A stretch of 64,000 nucleotides of DNA from Candidatus Microgenomates bacterium (GTDB lineage: Bacteria > Patescibacteriota > Microgenomatia > Levybacterales > UBA12049), in the NCBI GenBank assembly GCA_025451755.1, contig JANWJT010000017.1, forward strand, positions 16,147 through 80,146, written 5' to 3'. A program made the position numbers and the translations under genes. The notes below the pieces were generated by a model, which saw only the letters and a program-made list of their open reading frames with translations, ran no database searches and had not been told where the DNA came from. This document shows positions 29,496 through 38,668 of the stretch, in pieces (within the stretch, counting starts at the first letter, position 1; each line of letters starts with the position of its first letter).

Positions 29496-29864
29496 ATGCG
29501 TAGCGACTTTAGGACTATAGATGAGTATATTGGTACTTTCCCAAAAGATGTTCAGGTAATTTTAGAAAAAATAAGATCCACCATTAGAAAATTAGCGCCG
29601 AAAGCTACAGAAGCAATTAACTACCAGATTCCCACATTCAAACTAAATGGAAAATACTTAATATATTTTGCAGGATTTAAAAAACACGTCAGTCTTTATC
29701 CAGCGCCTCGGGACGCTGCCGAATTTAAAAATGAGATGTCAAAATATAAAGGGGGCAAGGGGACGGTGCAGTTTCCGATTGACAAACCACTTCCTCTAAC
29801 GTTAATCACTAAAATTGTGAAATATAAAATTAAAGAAAACGAGATAAAACAGAAAAATAATTAG
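29496..29864 (+). CDS. DUF1801 (YdhG-like) domain protein
   Basis: 122 aa with the YdhG-like pattern. Confidence 0.45.
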   Translation: MRSDFRTIDEYIGTFPKDVQVILEKIRSTIRKLAPKATEAINYQIPTFKLNGKYLIYFAGFKKHVSLYPAPRDAAEFKNEMSKYKGGKGTVQFPIDKPLPLTLITKIVKYKIKENEIKQKNN

Positions 29865-30484
29865 AAAATAAATAACTTTTTAATCTCTCCAATATATTCT
29901 TCCGGAATCTGAGGATATATTTTAAGCTTGGGTAATTCTTTTCCAAAGATTATTCTTTCTTTCTTTGTTTTCTTTGCCCATTTCTCGCTAAGCTTTCTCC
30001 ATTTTTCATATATGTCTTTTGACAAATGCATTGTTCCACTGCATTTTAAATTTCCACATTTACAAATATGCAAACATGGATTACAAAAGTCGTCCTTAGG
30101 AGAAAGTAAATATGGAATTGTTATTTCTTCTCCCTTTGAAATTTTCTTAAGTGCAAAAGCCAACGTATGACCTTTATATGTATAAAGAAAGGAGCTGGGC
30201 TTGCAAGAATGATTTAAAAGATGAACTCCTGGTTTTTTTAAGTCTGGAGAAATAACTGCATAATCATTATAATACATAAGATAAAAATTTTCTTCATCTA
30301 TTATTGCGTCTTGAGGATGGATAACTTTACCAATATAATCTCCAATAACGACACCTTTTAAAATATCTTTTTTTGCAAACACACCCCGCCCTTTATTTTT
30401 AGTATTTTTTATTTCCCAATATTTGTCTGAAAGTAAAAACATAAAGACAACTTTACCACTTTTATTACTTGATTCATACAACAC
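29861..30484 (-). CDS. SET-domain protein, a putative protein-lysine methyltransferase
   Basis: GRGVFAKKDILKGVVIGDYIG (N-SET/SET-I), NHSCKPS, GEEITIPY, and a post-SET Cys cluster CNPCLHICKCGNLKCSG. Confidence 0.7.
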   Translation of the reverse strand: MLYESSNKSGKVVFMFLLSDKYWEIKNTKNKGRGVFAKKDILKGVVIGDYIGKVIHPQDAIIDEENFYLMYYNDYAVISPDLKKPGVHLLNHSCKPSSFLYTYKGHTLAFALKKISKGEEITIPYLLSPKDDFCNPCLHICKCGNLKCSGTMHLSKDIYEKWRKLSEKWAKKTKKERIIFGKELPKLKIYPQIPEEYIGEIKKLFIF

Positions 30485-30508
30485 TAATTATCTTGAAGCT
30501 AATAGATC

Positions 30509-30517
30509 TGTTATAAT
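30509..30517 (+). promoter_or_regulatory. Extended -10 element TGTTATAAT, 6 nt before ATG 30524
   Basis: Leaderless pattern. Confidence 0.45.
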
Positions 30518-30523
30518 TACTTT

Positions 30524-31462
30524 ATGAAAGCAGTGCAAATAAATAATTACGGCGGAACAGAGGTTATAGAAATTAACGAAAACGCTCCAAGGCCAACTCT
30601 TGGGAAAGATCAAATACTTGTTGAAGTTTATGCGGCAAGCATAAATCCAGTTGATTTTGGTGTAATAGCTGGACGTATGAAAGATATGATTCCACTAAAA
30701 TTTCCTATTACTATCGGGGGTAATTTCTCTGGCGTATTAGTTGAGGCTGGCAAAGATACAACTGGGTTCAAGGTTGGTGATGAAGTCTATGGACAAGCTT
30801 TGGTAACCAATGGCGGTTCTGGTTCAATGGCCGAGCTCGCTGCTTCAAATATTGGTAACAGCGCTCTAAAACCCAAAAAAACAAATCACGAAGAGGCCGC
30901 TTCTTTACCTTTGGTCGGAGTTAGTGCTATTCAAGCTTTAGAGCAACACATCAAGCTCCAAAAAGATCAAAAAATTTTGATTCACGGTGGTGCTGGTGGT
31001 ATTGGCAGTTTAGCGATTCAACTGGCCAAGCATATTGGAGCTTATGTTGCGACTACAGTCGGTAGTGACTCAGTTGAATTTGCTAATAATTTAGGGGCGG
31101 ATAAAATAATCGATTATACAAAAGAAACATTTGAGGGTGAGCTTTCAGACTATGACGCAGTTTTCAACACAGCTCGCGGTGATAGCGCAGATAAGTCATT
31201 CGAGGTACTTAAAAAAGGTGGAGTATTAGTTTCTATGACCGGAGCGCCAAATTCTGATCTTGCCAAGAAGTATGAAGTACAGGCGATCGGACAAATGACT
31301 AATACCAACACTGAAAATTTAAATCGCTTAACCGAATTGGTCGATGGTGATATTCTAAAGCCCCAGATTGATAAGATCTTTCCATTGTCTCAAGCAAAAG
31401 AAGGATTTGAATATCAAGAAAATCAAAGCCCCAAAGGAAAAATAGTAATCAAAATTAAATAA
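30524..31462 (+). CDS. Zinc-independent MDR-family NADPH:quinone oxidoreductase
   Basis: MKAVQINNYGG...ILVEVYAASINPVDF and the Rossmann motif HGGAGGIGSLAIQLAK. Confidence 0.8.
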   Translation: MKAVQINNYGGTEVIEINENAPRPTLGKDQILVEVYAASINPVDFGVIAGRMKDMIPLKFPITIGGNFSGVLVEAGKDTTGFKVGDEVYGQALVTNGGSGSMAELAASNIGNSALKPKKTNHEEAASLPLVGVSAIQALEQHIKLQKDQKILIHGGAGGIGSLAIQLAKHIGAYVATTVGSDSVEFANNLGADKIIDYTKETFEGELSDYDAVFNTARGDSADKSFEVLKKGGVLVSMTGAPNSDLAKKYEVQAIGQMTNTNTENLNRLTELVDGDILKPQIDKIFPLSQAKEGFEYQENQSPKGKIVIKIK

Positions 31463-31467
31463 TAATA

Positions 31468-31926
31468 TTAGGTTTTGTAGGCTACTTTGGAGGTTGGTAG
31501 AATCCCCGAGTCACTTCTTGCCTGAGCCTGAATTACGCGCTGAGAAACTATAATATCTTGTTTTGCCTGCTCGCTAAAAGGAAGTTTTGATACCTGTTTA
31601 AAAGAAAACCATGAGAGAGTTCCGTTATCGGGTAATGATATATTCTTCATTGATTTAACTTTTGCGTAGAACACGTAATGTAATGAGCTAATTGCATTAT
31701 CAAAGTAATCATAAACAGGAAAAATTTGCTTTTCATTAAGCTCCAGACTCAATAACTGATGAATTATACGCTTAAATGATTTTTGAGGATCTTCTTCTCC
31801 GATTCCTGCTCCTCCGGGCATAGTCCAAACAGATGGAGAATTATTATTCAAATTGGGTTGATACAAAAGAATTTGTTGTGTTCTTGAGTGATAGAGGAAT
31901 CCACTTACATAAAAGGGGTTATGCAT
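31468..31926 (-). CDS. NUDIX-like hydrolase (degenerate Nudix box)
   Basis: PGGAGIGEEDPQKSFKRIIHQLLSLEL partially fits GX5EX7REUXEEXGU. Confidence 0.35.
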   Translation of the reverse strand: MHNPFYVSGFLYHSRTQQILLYQPNLNNNSPSVWTMPGGAGIGEEDPQKSFKRIIHQLLSLELNEKQIFPVYDYFDNAISSLHYVFYAKVKSMKNISLPDNGTLSWFSFKQVSKLPFSEQAKQDIIVSQRVIQAQARSDSGILPTSKVAYKT

Positions 31927-32047
31927 GTTCTTATTATATCACATTTTAAAAATTATTTCATTAAGATATTCGGGTAATTCCGACAGCTTTTCTTTGTTAG
32001 TAAAATTGTATAATTATGTTGCTGTAGTATGGGAGGGAGTGAGAAAT

Positions 32048-32557
32048 ATGAATAAAAATATTATGTGGATTATCGGCGCAATCATTTTAGTTGTTGTTGG
32101 AGGTGGGCTTTTCGTTGCTAATCAGCAATCAAAACAAGCTGAAGATGCAAAAATAGAGCAGGAAAAAGATGCCACGGTACAAAAAGAAGAAGGATTTATG
32201 GAAGACGGCAAAATGATGAGAGACAAAATGAGTGGGCCTCGCTATATTGAATACTCTAAAGCTACTTTAGATCAAGTAACGAGTAATCGCCGAGTTCTTT
32301 TCTTCTTTGCATCCTGGTGCCCAACATGTAAGCCAGCAGATGCTAATTTTAAAGAGAATACAAATAAAATTCCTGAAGATCTGACGGTCATACGGGTAAA
32401 TTATAACGATCCGGAAACAGATCAGGAGGAAAAAGATTTGGCGAAAAAGTATGGAATCACATATCAACATACTTTTGTCCAAATTGATTCACAAGGCAGA
32501 GAAATAACTAAATGGAATGGTGGACAAATAGACGAACTTTTAGCTAATATTAAGTAA
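32048..32557 (+). CDS. Membrane-anchored thioredoxin-like protein (WCPTC active site)
   Basis: Signal-anchor MWIIGAIILVVVGG followed by FFFASWCPTCK. Start trimmed from 31925 to the ATG at 32048. Confidence 0.6.
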   Translation: MNKNIMWIIGAIILVVVGGGLFVANQQSKQAEDAKIEQEKDATVQKEEGFMEDGKMMRDKMSGPRYIEYSKATLDQVTSNRRVLFFFASWCPTCKPADANFKENTNKIPEDLTVIRVNYNDPETDQEEKDLAKKYGITYQHTFVQIDSQGREITKWNGGQIDELLANIK

Positions 32558-32565
32558 ATTCTACT

Positions 32566-34293
32566 ATGATTTTACTTATTGCATTTGCATTTCTAGCTGG
32601 AATCATAACTGTACTCTCCCCATGCATTTTGCCAATTCTACCTATAATTCTAACATCTAGTATTGGAGGACAAAACATCGGGAAAGCACGTCCCGTGGGA
32701 GTGGTTATAGGGTTTATTTTAAGCTTTACTTTTTTTACCCTTTTTCTTTCGACAATTGTACGCATAAGTGGGATTTCTGCAGATGCACTGAGGCTTATCT
32801 CAGTATTAGTAATAGCAGGTTTTGGCGTGTCACTTCTTATTCCCCAATTTCAAGTAATTGTTGAAAGGCTTTTTTCTAAACTTGCAGGGCTTATGCCAAG
32901 AAGTCAAAATAAAACTGGCTTCGGCGGAGGACTACTCATTGGTTTTTCCGTAGGGCTTCTTTGGACACCGTGTGTTGGCCCAATTCTTGCATCAGTCATA
33001 TCCCTTGCGATTACAGGTTCGGTTACTTTTGATGCATTTCTTATAACTTTTGCCTATTCATTAGGTACTGCAATTCCAATGTTTTTAATTATGATTGGCG
33101 GACAAAATGCACTTAAACGTGTTCCCTGGCTTCTTACAAATCTTGGGAATATCCAAAAACTATTCGGAGTATTAATGATACTAACAGCTATTGGAATATT
33201 TTTTAATATTGATAGAAAATTTCAGACATTTATTTTAGATAAATTTCCTAAATACGGCGCAGGCCTAACTAAATTTGAAGATAACGAGTTAATTAAAAAT
33301 CAGCTTGATAAAAAAAGCGGACAGGAAATAAAGAAAGAAGATATGGGAAAACCCATGTTTGATCTTATAAGCCCAAAAGGAATAAGAGCTCCCGAGATAA
33401 TTCCTGGCGGAGTATGGATTAATAGTAAGCCATTAAATCTTTCCGAGCTCAGAGGTAAGGTAGCCATAATAGATTTTTGGACGTATTCATGTATTAATTG
33501 TCAGCGAACAATGCCATATTTACGAAGGTGGTACGACACGTATAAAGACAAAGGCTTAGTAATTATTGGCGTGCATTCACCGGAATTTGAATTTGAAAAA
33601 AACGAGAAAAATGTTATGGAGGCAATAAAAGACTTTAAGCTTAGTTATCCGATTGTTCAGGATAACGATTTTGCTACATGGAGAGCTTACAATAACAGTT
33701 ATTGGCCTGCAAAATATTTTATAGATAAGGATGGATATGTTCGCTATGCACATTTTGGTGAAGGAGCATATGATGAAAGCGAAAAAGTAATACAAGAGCT
33801 TTTAAAAGAAACAGGAGCCTTAGATATTTCATCTAAAATAAATAACCCTACTTATCAAATTAATGCAAAAACACCAGAGATATATTTAGGATTCGGTCGA
33901 ATTAACAACTTCGCTTCATCAGAAAGCATTAAGCAAAATACTGTTTCTACCTATACGGCGCCTGCAAATCTAGGAAGCAATCAAGTTGCATATGATAATA
34001 GCTGGAATGTAATGGAGGAATATGCCAATCCCCAAAAAGGCGCAAAATTGTTTTTGAATTTTGAATCAAAAGAAGTATTTTTGGTAATCCGTACAAAAGG
34101 AAATCCAGCAAAAGTAAAAGTCTATATCGACGACAAGCTTCAAGGTTTTGGAGAGGATAATAAAAATGGCATAGTAACCGTAAATACCGATCGATTATAT
34201 AAATTAATTAATCTTCCAACTCCCGGACGTCATATATTACGTTTAGAATTTGAGGATAGTAATGTGGAACTCTACGCTTTCACTTTCGGATGA
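32566..34293 (+). CDS. DipZ-like fusion of a CcdA/DsbD thiol-disulfide transporter, a TlpA/redoxin domain, and a C-terminal extension
   Basis: N-terminal six-TM CcdA core with two conserved Cys (LSPCILP, WTPCVGP), then FWTYSCINCQRTMPYL (redoxin CxxC). 575 aa. Confidence 0.75.
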   Translation: MILLIAFAFLAGIITVLSPCILPILPIILTSSIGGQNIGKARPVGVVIGFILSFTFFTLFLSTIVRISGISADALRLISVLVIAGFGVSLLIPQFQVIVERLFSKLAGLMPRSQNKTGFGGGLLIGFSVGLLWTPCVGPILASVISLAITGSVTFDAFLITFAYSLGTAIPMFLIMIGGQNALKRVPWLLTNLGNIQKLFGVLMILTAIGIFFNIDRKFQTFILDKFPKYGAGLTKFEDNELIKNQLDKKSGQEIKKEDMGKPMFDLISPKGIRAPEIIPGGVWINSKPLNLSELRGKVAIIDFWTYSCINCQRTMPYLRRWYDTYKDKGLVIIGVHSPEFEFEKNEKNVMEAIKDFKLSYPIVQDNDFATWRAYNNSYWPAKYFIDKDGYVRYAHFGEGAYDESEKVIQELLKETGALDISSKINNPTYQINAKTPEIYLGFGRINNFASSESIKQNTVSTYTAPANLGSNQVAYDNSWNVMEEYANPQKGAKLFLNFESKEVFLVIRTKGNPAKVKVYIDDKLQGFGEDNKNGIVTVNTDRLYKLINLPTPGRHILRLEFEDSNVELYAFTFG

Positions 34294-34381
34294 TAAAATA
34301 CTGATATTTTTACTAAATACATCTTGTAGAAAAATAAAAAGGATAGTAAAATATTTAAATCTGTTAGTGGCAACAGCCTAG

Positions 34382-35062
34382 TTGAAGAATTTAAATTTTG
34401 ATTGGCTGCTCAATAAATATAAAACAATTAAGTTAAGAGTCGTGCCTAGCTCTTTAATTTTAATTGCGTTCCTTTTGTTTATTTTAATAGTTAGTTTTTC
34501 AAAAAATACTCTGAGTGTTTCTAAAATAAATAAAAAGATTTCGAAAGAAAATAAAATAAGTAAAACATTAAATACGCCAACTACTACTTCTATTCCAACT
34601 CCATCTCTAACTCTGGCGCCGAGCTCTACAGTAACTCCTACTCAAGCGCCGACTAAAATTCCTCTTCCCACTTCCTTTGATGTTCAAGCTGTTCAATCTT
34701 CTGGAAACCAAGATTTATTAAGCGCGGTCAACGCTTTTAGAAGTAAAAATGGATTGGGAGCACTTTCATCAAATAGCACCTTATGTTCTATAGCTCAAAG
34801 CAGGGTTAGCGAAAATGCGACGTTAGGACAGCTAGATAATCATGCAGGTTTTGAAAAATATTTTAAAGGACAGGCAGAGTTTAAGGGGATGGGGGAAAAT
34901 TTGCATTGGGCAACTTATACAGAAACACCAACAGAAATTGTAGAAAACGGTTGGGCTAATTCTCCGGGTCATAAAACAAATATGTTAGATTCTAAATGGC
35001 AGTATGGTTGTGGAGGACAAGCGGGATCATACTATGCTTCTTTTATCTTCGCTACGAAGTAA
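34382..35062 (+). CDS. CAP/SCP (PR-1-like) domain protein with an N-terminal TM and a PT-rich linker
   Basis: TTG start, TM helix, linker NTPTTTSIPTPSLTLAPSSTVTPTQAPT, then a CAP domain (GHKTNMLDSKWQYGCGG). Confidence 0.6.
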   Translation: MKNLNFDWLLNKYKTIKLRVVPSSLILIAFLLFILIVSFSKNTLSVSKINKKISKENKISKTLNTPTTTSIPTPSLTLAPSSTVTPTQAPTKIPLPTSFDVQAVQSSGNQDLLSAVNAFRSKNGLGALSSNSTLCSIAQSRVSENATLGQLDNHAGFEKYFKGQAEFKGMGENLHWATYTETPTEIVENGWANSPGHKTNMLDSKWQYGCGGQAGSYYASFIFATK

Positions 35063-35072
35063 AATGAGGTAA

Positions 35073-35531
35073 TTATTCTACTGTTAGGGTTCCGGTCATT
35101 CCTTGTTCTTCATGATTCCCAACGCCGCAAATAAATGTAAACTCTCCTGTTTTGTCCGGAGTAAATTCAATCATATCTACTTCCCCAGGATTAATTACTT
35201 TTGTTGCAACATTTAAATCAGCAATTACATAATCGTGTGGGAATTTCCCGGTATTTTTAAAAGTTAACTTAACTTTCTCTCCTTTTTTAACAGTAATTGC
35301 GGAAGGAGCGAATTTAAATTCTCCCGCTTCTATGGTAATTTCTTTTGTGGCCATAGCAGAGGGAACAACTGATTCGGAAATTGGAGCATTCGTAGGCTGA
35401 TTGGTATCGGCTGGAGTAGCTGTAGTAACGGTTTTATTCATATTCATGACATAAAATCCACCAGTTACAACAATTAATATAATTACAATTACGCTTATTG
35501 TTAGCTTACTATTCATATAATCAATATACAC
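35073..35531 (-). CDS. Cupredoxin (plastocyanin/azurin-like blue copper protein) with a signal anchor
   Basis: Type-1 copper ligands H...C..H....M in FPHDY...FICGVGNHEEQGM. Confidence 0.7.
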   Translation of the reverse strand: MYIDYMNSKLTISVIVIILIVVTGGFYVMNMNKTVTTATPADTNQPTNAPISESVVPSAMATKEITIEAGEFKFAPSAITVKKGEKVKLTFKNTGKFPHDYVIADLNVATKVINPGEVDMIEFTPDKTGEFTFICGVGNHEEQGMTGTLTVE

Positions 35532-35570
35532 TACGAAATATAAAAGTCAATACAGATTTTAGTATTTTAG

Positions 35571-36113
35571 CTACTTTTTATATTCTTGTTTTGTATCTTC
35601 TTTAAATTTTTTTAATAACTTCTGGATTTTTGGATTTATTACAAACTGACAATATGGATATTCCTGATTCCTGTCATAATAATTCTGGTGATATTCCTCT
35701 GCTTTATAAAAATTAGTAAAAGGAATAATTTCGGTTACGATTTTGTCTTTGTAAGTTGCTGATTTTTCCATTTCTTCTTTCGATTCTAAGGCCTTTTCTT
35801 TTTGTTCATCACTATGATAGAAAATGGCAGATCTATACTGAGATCCAATATCGTTTCCTTGTCTGTTTGGCGTTGTAGGGTTATGAGTTGCCCAAAAGAT
35901 ATCGAGAAGTCTTTCGTAAGGAATAATATTCGGATCAAAAGTTATCTGGATTGCCTCTGCATGCTTAGTTGAACCTGTGGATACGTCTTCGTAATTAGGA
36001 TTTTCTTTTAATCCTCCTGTGTATCCCGATTTCACAGAGGCAACTCCCTTTAAACGTTTGAATATTGCCTCGGTGCACCAAAAGCATCCTCCTGCAAATA
36101 TAGCCATTTCCAT
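35571..36113 (-). CDS. msrA: Peptide methionine sulfoxide reductase A
   Basis: The active site GGCFWC is at the N-terminus. Confidence 0.9.
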   Translation of the reverse strand: MEMAIFAGGCFWCTEAIFKRLKGVASVKSGYTGGLKENPNYEDVSTGSTKHAEAIQITFDPNIIPYERLLDIFWATHNPTTPNRQGNDIGSQYRSAIFYHSDEQKEKALESKEEMEKSATYKDKIVTEIIPFTNFYKAEEYHQNYYDRNQEYPYCQFVINPKIQKLLKKFKEDTKQEYKK

Positions 36114-36114
36114 A

Positions 36115-36396
36115 TTATTTTCTTCCGCTTTGTGGATCTCTAAACATCCCCCGTCTAATAATTATATTTAATTCGCGGTGGGCTTGTCCAGGATGCTTAT
36201 GCTCAGCGAGCCTTTGACTTTTCCAGAAATCTCCCCTTGCCTTATGACCGCCCTTTTCGGAGTAGTGTCTATAGTTATCAGGTTGTCTATCTCTAAATTT
36301 TTCTTGCATTTTTAATTGAATTAAAATAACACAAAGATCACAGGTAGTCAATAAATAGATTGGTAGACATTGATAATCTTGTCTTTTGCATACCAT
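36115..36396 (-). CDS. Hypothetical small basic protein immediately upstream of msrA. Uncertain.
   Basis: 93 aa ORF with His/Arg/Lys-rich sequence and no motif. Could be spurious. Confidence 0.2.
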   Translation of the reverse strand: MVCKRQDYQCLPIYLLTTCDLCVILIQLKMQEKFRDRQPDNYRHYSEKGGHKARGDFWKSQRLAEHKHPGQAHRELNIIIRRGMFRDPQSGRK

Positions 36397-36440
36397 GACT
36401 AAATGGATATTGTTCTGGAATTTTGGTACAATATTTGCTT

Positions 36441-37709
36441 GTGAATAAACTTACAAGACATCCTTTACCTGTAATACTTTTTACAATATTTATTGATCTT
36501 TTAGGGTTTGGAATACTTATTCCTGTTATCCCCTTGCTTCTTGCCGATCCAAGATCTCCATATTATCTTTTGCCCGCAGGTTTTACTGTTTCTCAAGGTT
36601 ATATTCTTCTTGGGTTTTTAACCGCAATATTTCCTTTTATGCAGTTTCTCGCCGCACCGATTCTAGGTCAGCTTTCGGACAAATTTGGGAGAAAACCAAT
36701 TTTAGCAGTTTCACTTATGGGAACGTGCCTTTCATATATATTTTTTGCTATTGGAATAATAACAAAAAATATTCCCATTTTATTCTTAGCTCGTGCTTTT
36801 GACGGAATAACAGGAGGGAATATATCGGTTGCCCAGGCGGCAATTGCAGACGTATCGACTCCAGAAAACAGAGCAAAGAACTTCGGGTTTATCGGTGCAG
36901 TTTTCGGATTAGGTTTTATAATAGGTCCTTATATAGGTGGAAAATTTTCTGATCCTAGTATCGTATCTTGGTTTTCTGCAGCAACTCCTTTTTGGTTTGC
37001 AGCAATTTTAAGCTTTATCAACGTACTTTCTGTAATTTTTATGTTTCCAGAAACTCACAGAATGATTAATAAAAGTACTAAAATACTCTGGAATAAGTCG
37101 ATCCACAATATAGCACGCGCTTATACATACGGAAAGCTACGCGTGGTTTTTATAACTGTTTTTCTTTTCTCTGCAGGTTTCTCATTTTTTGTAACATTCT
37201 TTGCTGTTTTTCTTATAAATAAGTTTGGATTTAATCAGGGAAATATTGGAGATTATTTTGCATTTGTGGGAATTTGGATTGCAATTACTCAAGCCCTTAT
37301 TACAGGATTTGTTGCGAAAAGGCTTAAGTCAGATCAGGTTGTAAAATTTGCAATTATAGGTACTGGAGTAACTATGCTTATGTATTTTTTGCCAACCATT
37401 TGGTGGCATCTTCTTCTTATTGTTCCTTTCTTTGCAGTTTTTAATGGACTTGCACAGGCAAATATTACAGCCCTAGTTTCTAATAGTGTAGATAATTCAA
37501 TTCAGGGAGAAATTTTGGGAATAAATACGAGTATTCAGGCTTTAGCTCAAGCAGTTCCACCAGCGCTTTCCGGCTATATTGCAGCAAGCCTTACCGCGGA
37601 AGCGCCTGTAATAGTAGCGGCAGTTGTAATTATAATTTCTGGTTTTACTTTTCTGTTATTCTATAAACCCATCCGCATCGAATCCGTAACCATCTCCGAA
37701 TCTGCCTAA
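36441..37709 (+). CDS. MFS transporter (drug:H+ antiporter-like)
   Basis: Twelve TM helices, motif A-like GQLSDKFGRKP. The GTG start at 36441 lies 8 nt after a -10 TGGTACAAT. The track's TTG at 36423 overlaps that promoter. Confidence 0.8.
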   Translation: MNKLTRHPLPVILFTIFIDLLGFGILIPVIPLLLADPRSPYYLLPAGFTVSQGYILLGFLTAIFPFMQFLAAPILGQLSDKFGRKPILAVSLMGTCLSYIFFAIGIITKNIPILFLARAFDGITGGNISVAQAAIADVSTPENRAKNFGFIGAVFGLGFIIGPYIGGKFSDPSIVSWFSAATPFWFAAILSFINVLSVIFMFPETHRMINKSTKILWNKSIHNIARAYTYGKLRVVFITVFLFSAGFSFFVTFFAVFLINKFGFNQGNIGDYFAFVGIWIAITQALITGFVAKRLKSDQVVKFAIIGTGVTMLMYFLPTIWWHLLLIVPFFAVFNGLAQANITALVSNSVDNSIQGEILGINTSIQALAQAVPPALSGYIAASLTAEAPVIVAAVVIIISGFTFLLFYKPIRIESVTISESA

Positions 37710-37839
37710 GAGCTCTTTAAGATTTGCAAGGATTTAAAAACTGATACAGTTTTAGATTCTTTTAGTTATTGACAAGATATTTTCTTAAGATTAATATTAA
37801 AGTCCATCTCATTGCTAAGAATAGCACTGGTTAAATTAT

Positions 37840-38169
37840 ATGAGTATATTGATTAGTTGGTTGGTATCGGCGCTTGCTATTTTGACCGCTTCTTATCTTT
37901 TACCCGGAGTCCATATTGCAGGATTTTTAACAGCTCTAGCTGTAGCAGTCGTACTTGGAATTATTAATGCAATTCTTAAGCCGATTCTTGTAATTCTTAC
38001 CCTTCCAATAAATTTGTTAACTTTAGGATTATTCACTTTTGTGATAAATGCTCTTTTGGTTATGTTAGTAAGCACAATTGTTCCGGGGTTTAAGGTAGAT
38101 GGATTTTTATGGGCTCTTATCTTTAGTATTTTACTTTCGATTATAAATATGTTCCTTCATAAAATTTAA
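37840..38169 (+). CDS. Phage-holin-4_2 (YvlD-like) family membrane protein
   Basis: 109 aa, three TM helices, a GxxxG-rich pattern typical of the family. Confidence 0.5.
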   Translation: MSILISWLVSALAILTASYLLPGVHIAGFLTALAVAVVLGIINAILKPILVILTLPINLLTLGLFTFVINALLVMLVSTIVPGFKVDGFLWALIFSILLSIINMFLHKI

Positions 38170-38231
38170 TTCCCCCTTGATTATTCTCCCAAGGTATGAC
38201 TAAGATAGGTGTGAGAGGAGGTGATTTATAA

Positions 38232-38441
38232 ATGAAAGCTTTACACATGATAACATTTACACTAGTTATCGTTGGTGCTCTAAATTGGGGCTTAGTTGGT
38301 CTTTTTGGTTTCAATTTAGTTTCTGCAATTCTCGGTGTTGATTCAGCTCTCGAGAGACTTGTCTATATTCTAGTAGGTTTATCAGCAGTATATATTGGAG
38401 CAACTCACATGAGTGATTGTAAGACTTGCTCAAAAAAATAA
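38232..38441 (+). CDS. DUF378-family small membrane protein
   Basis: ALNWGLVGLFGFNLV is the DUF378 signature. Confidence 0.55.
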   Translation: MKALHMITFTLVIVGALNWGLVGLFGFNLVSAILGVDSALERLVYILVGLSAVYIGATHMSDCKTCSKK

Positions 38442-38668
38442 AACTGATAAAAAGAATTAATTAAGTTCATCAGAATAGTCGTTTAGATTGGAGTAGGTGC
38501 GATGCGCAAAAGCTAAGAGCTTATCTCAATTTTTTATCTTTCTTATAATCTGCTCTCGTTTGTCTAATGTCTTTGTTATACTATAAATGTAGCTAGCAAA
38601 TTTATGTCTCTTAATTCCCCAATATCTAGATTTTTGATTTTACCTATATATAGTCTTTTTATTTAAAA

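Noticed and set aside
36115-36396. 93-aa ORF upstream of msrA as a real gene
   Set aside because: Kept only at low confidence. It has no motif, odd composition and no clear start context, and may be a spurious ORF in the msrA/MFS intergenic region.
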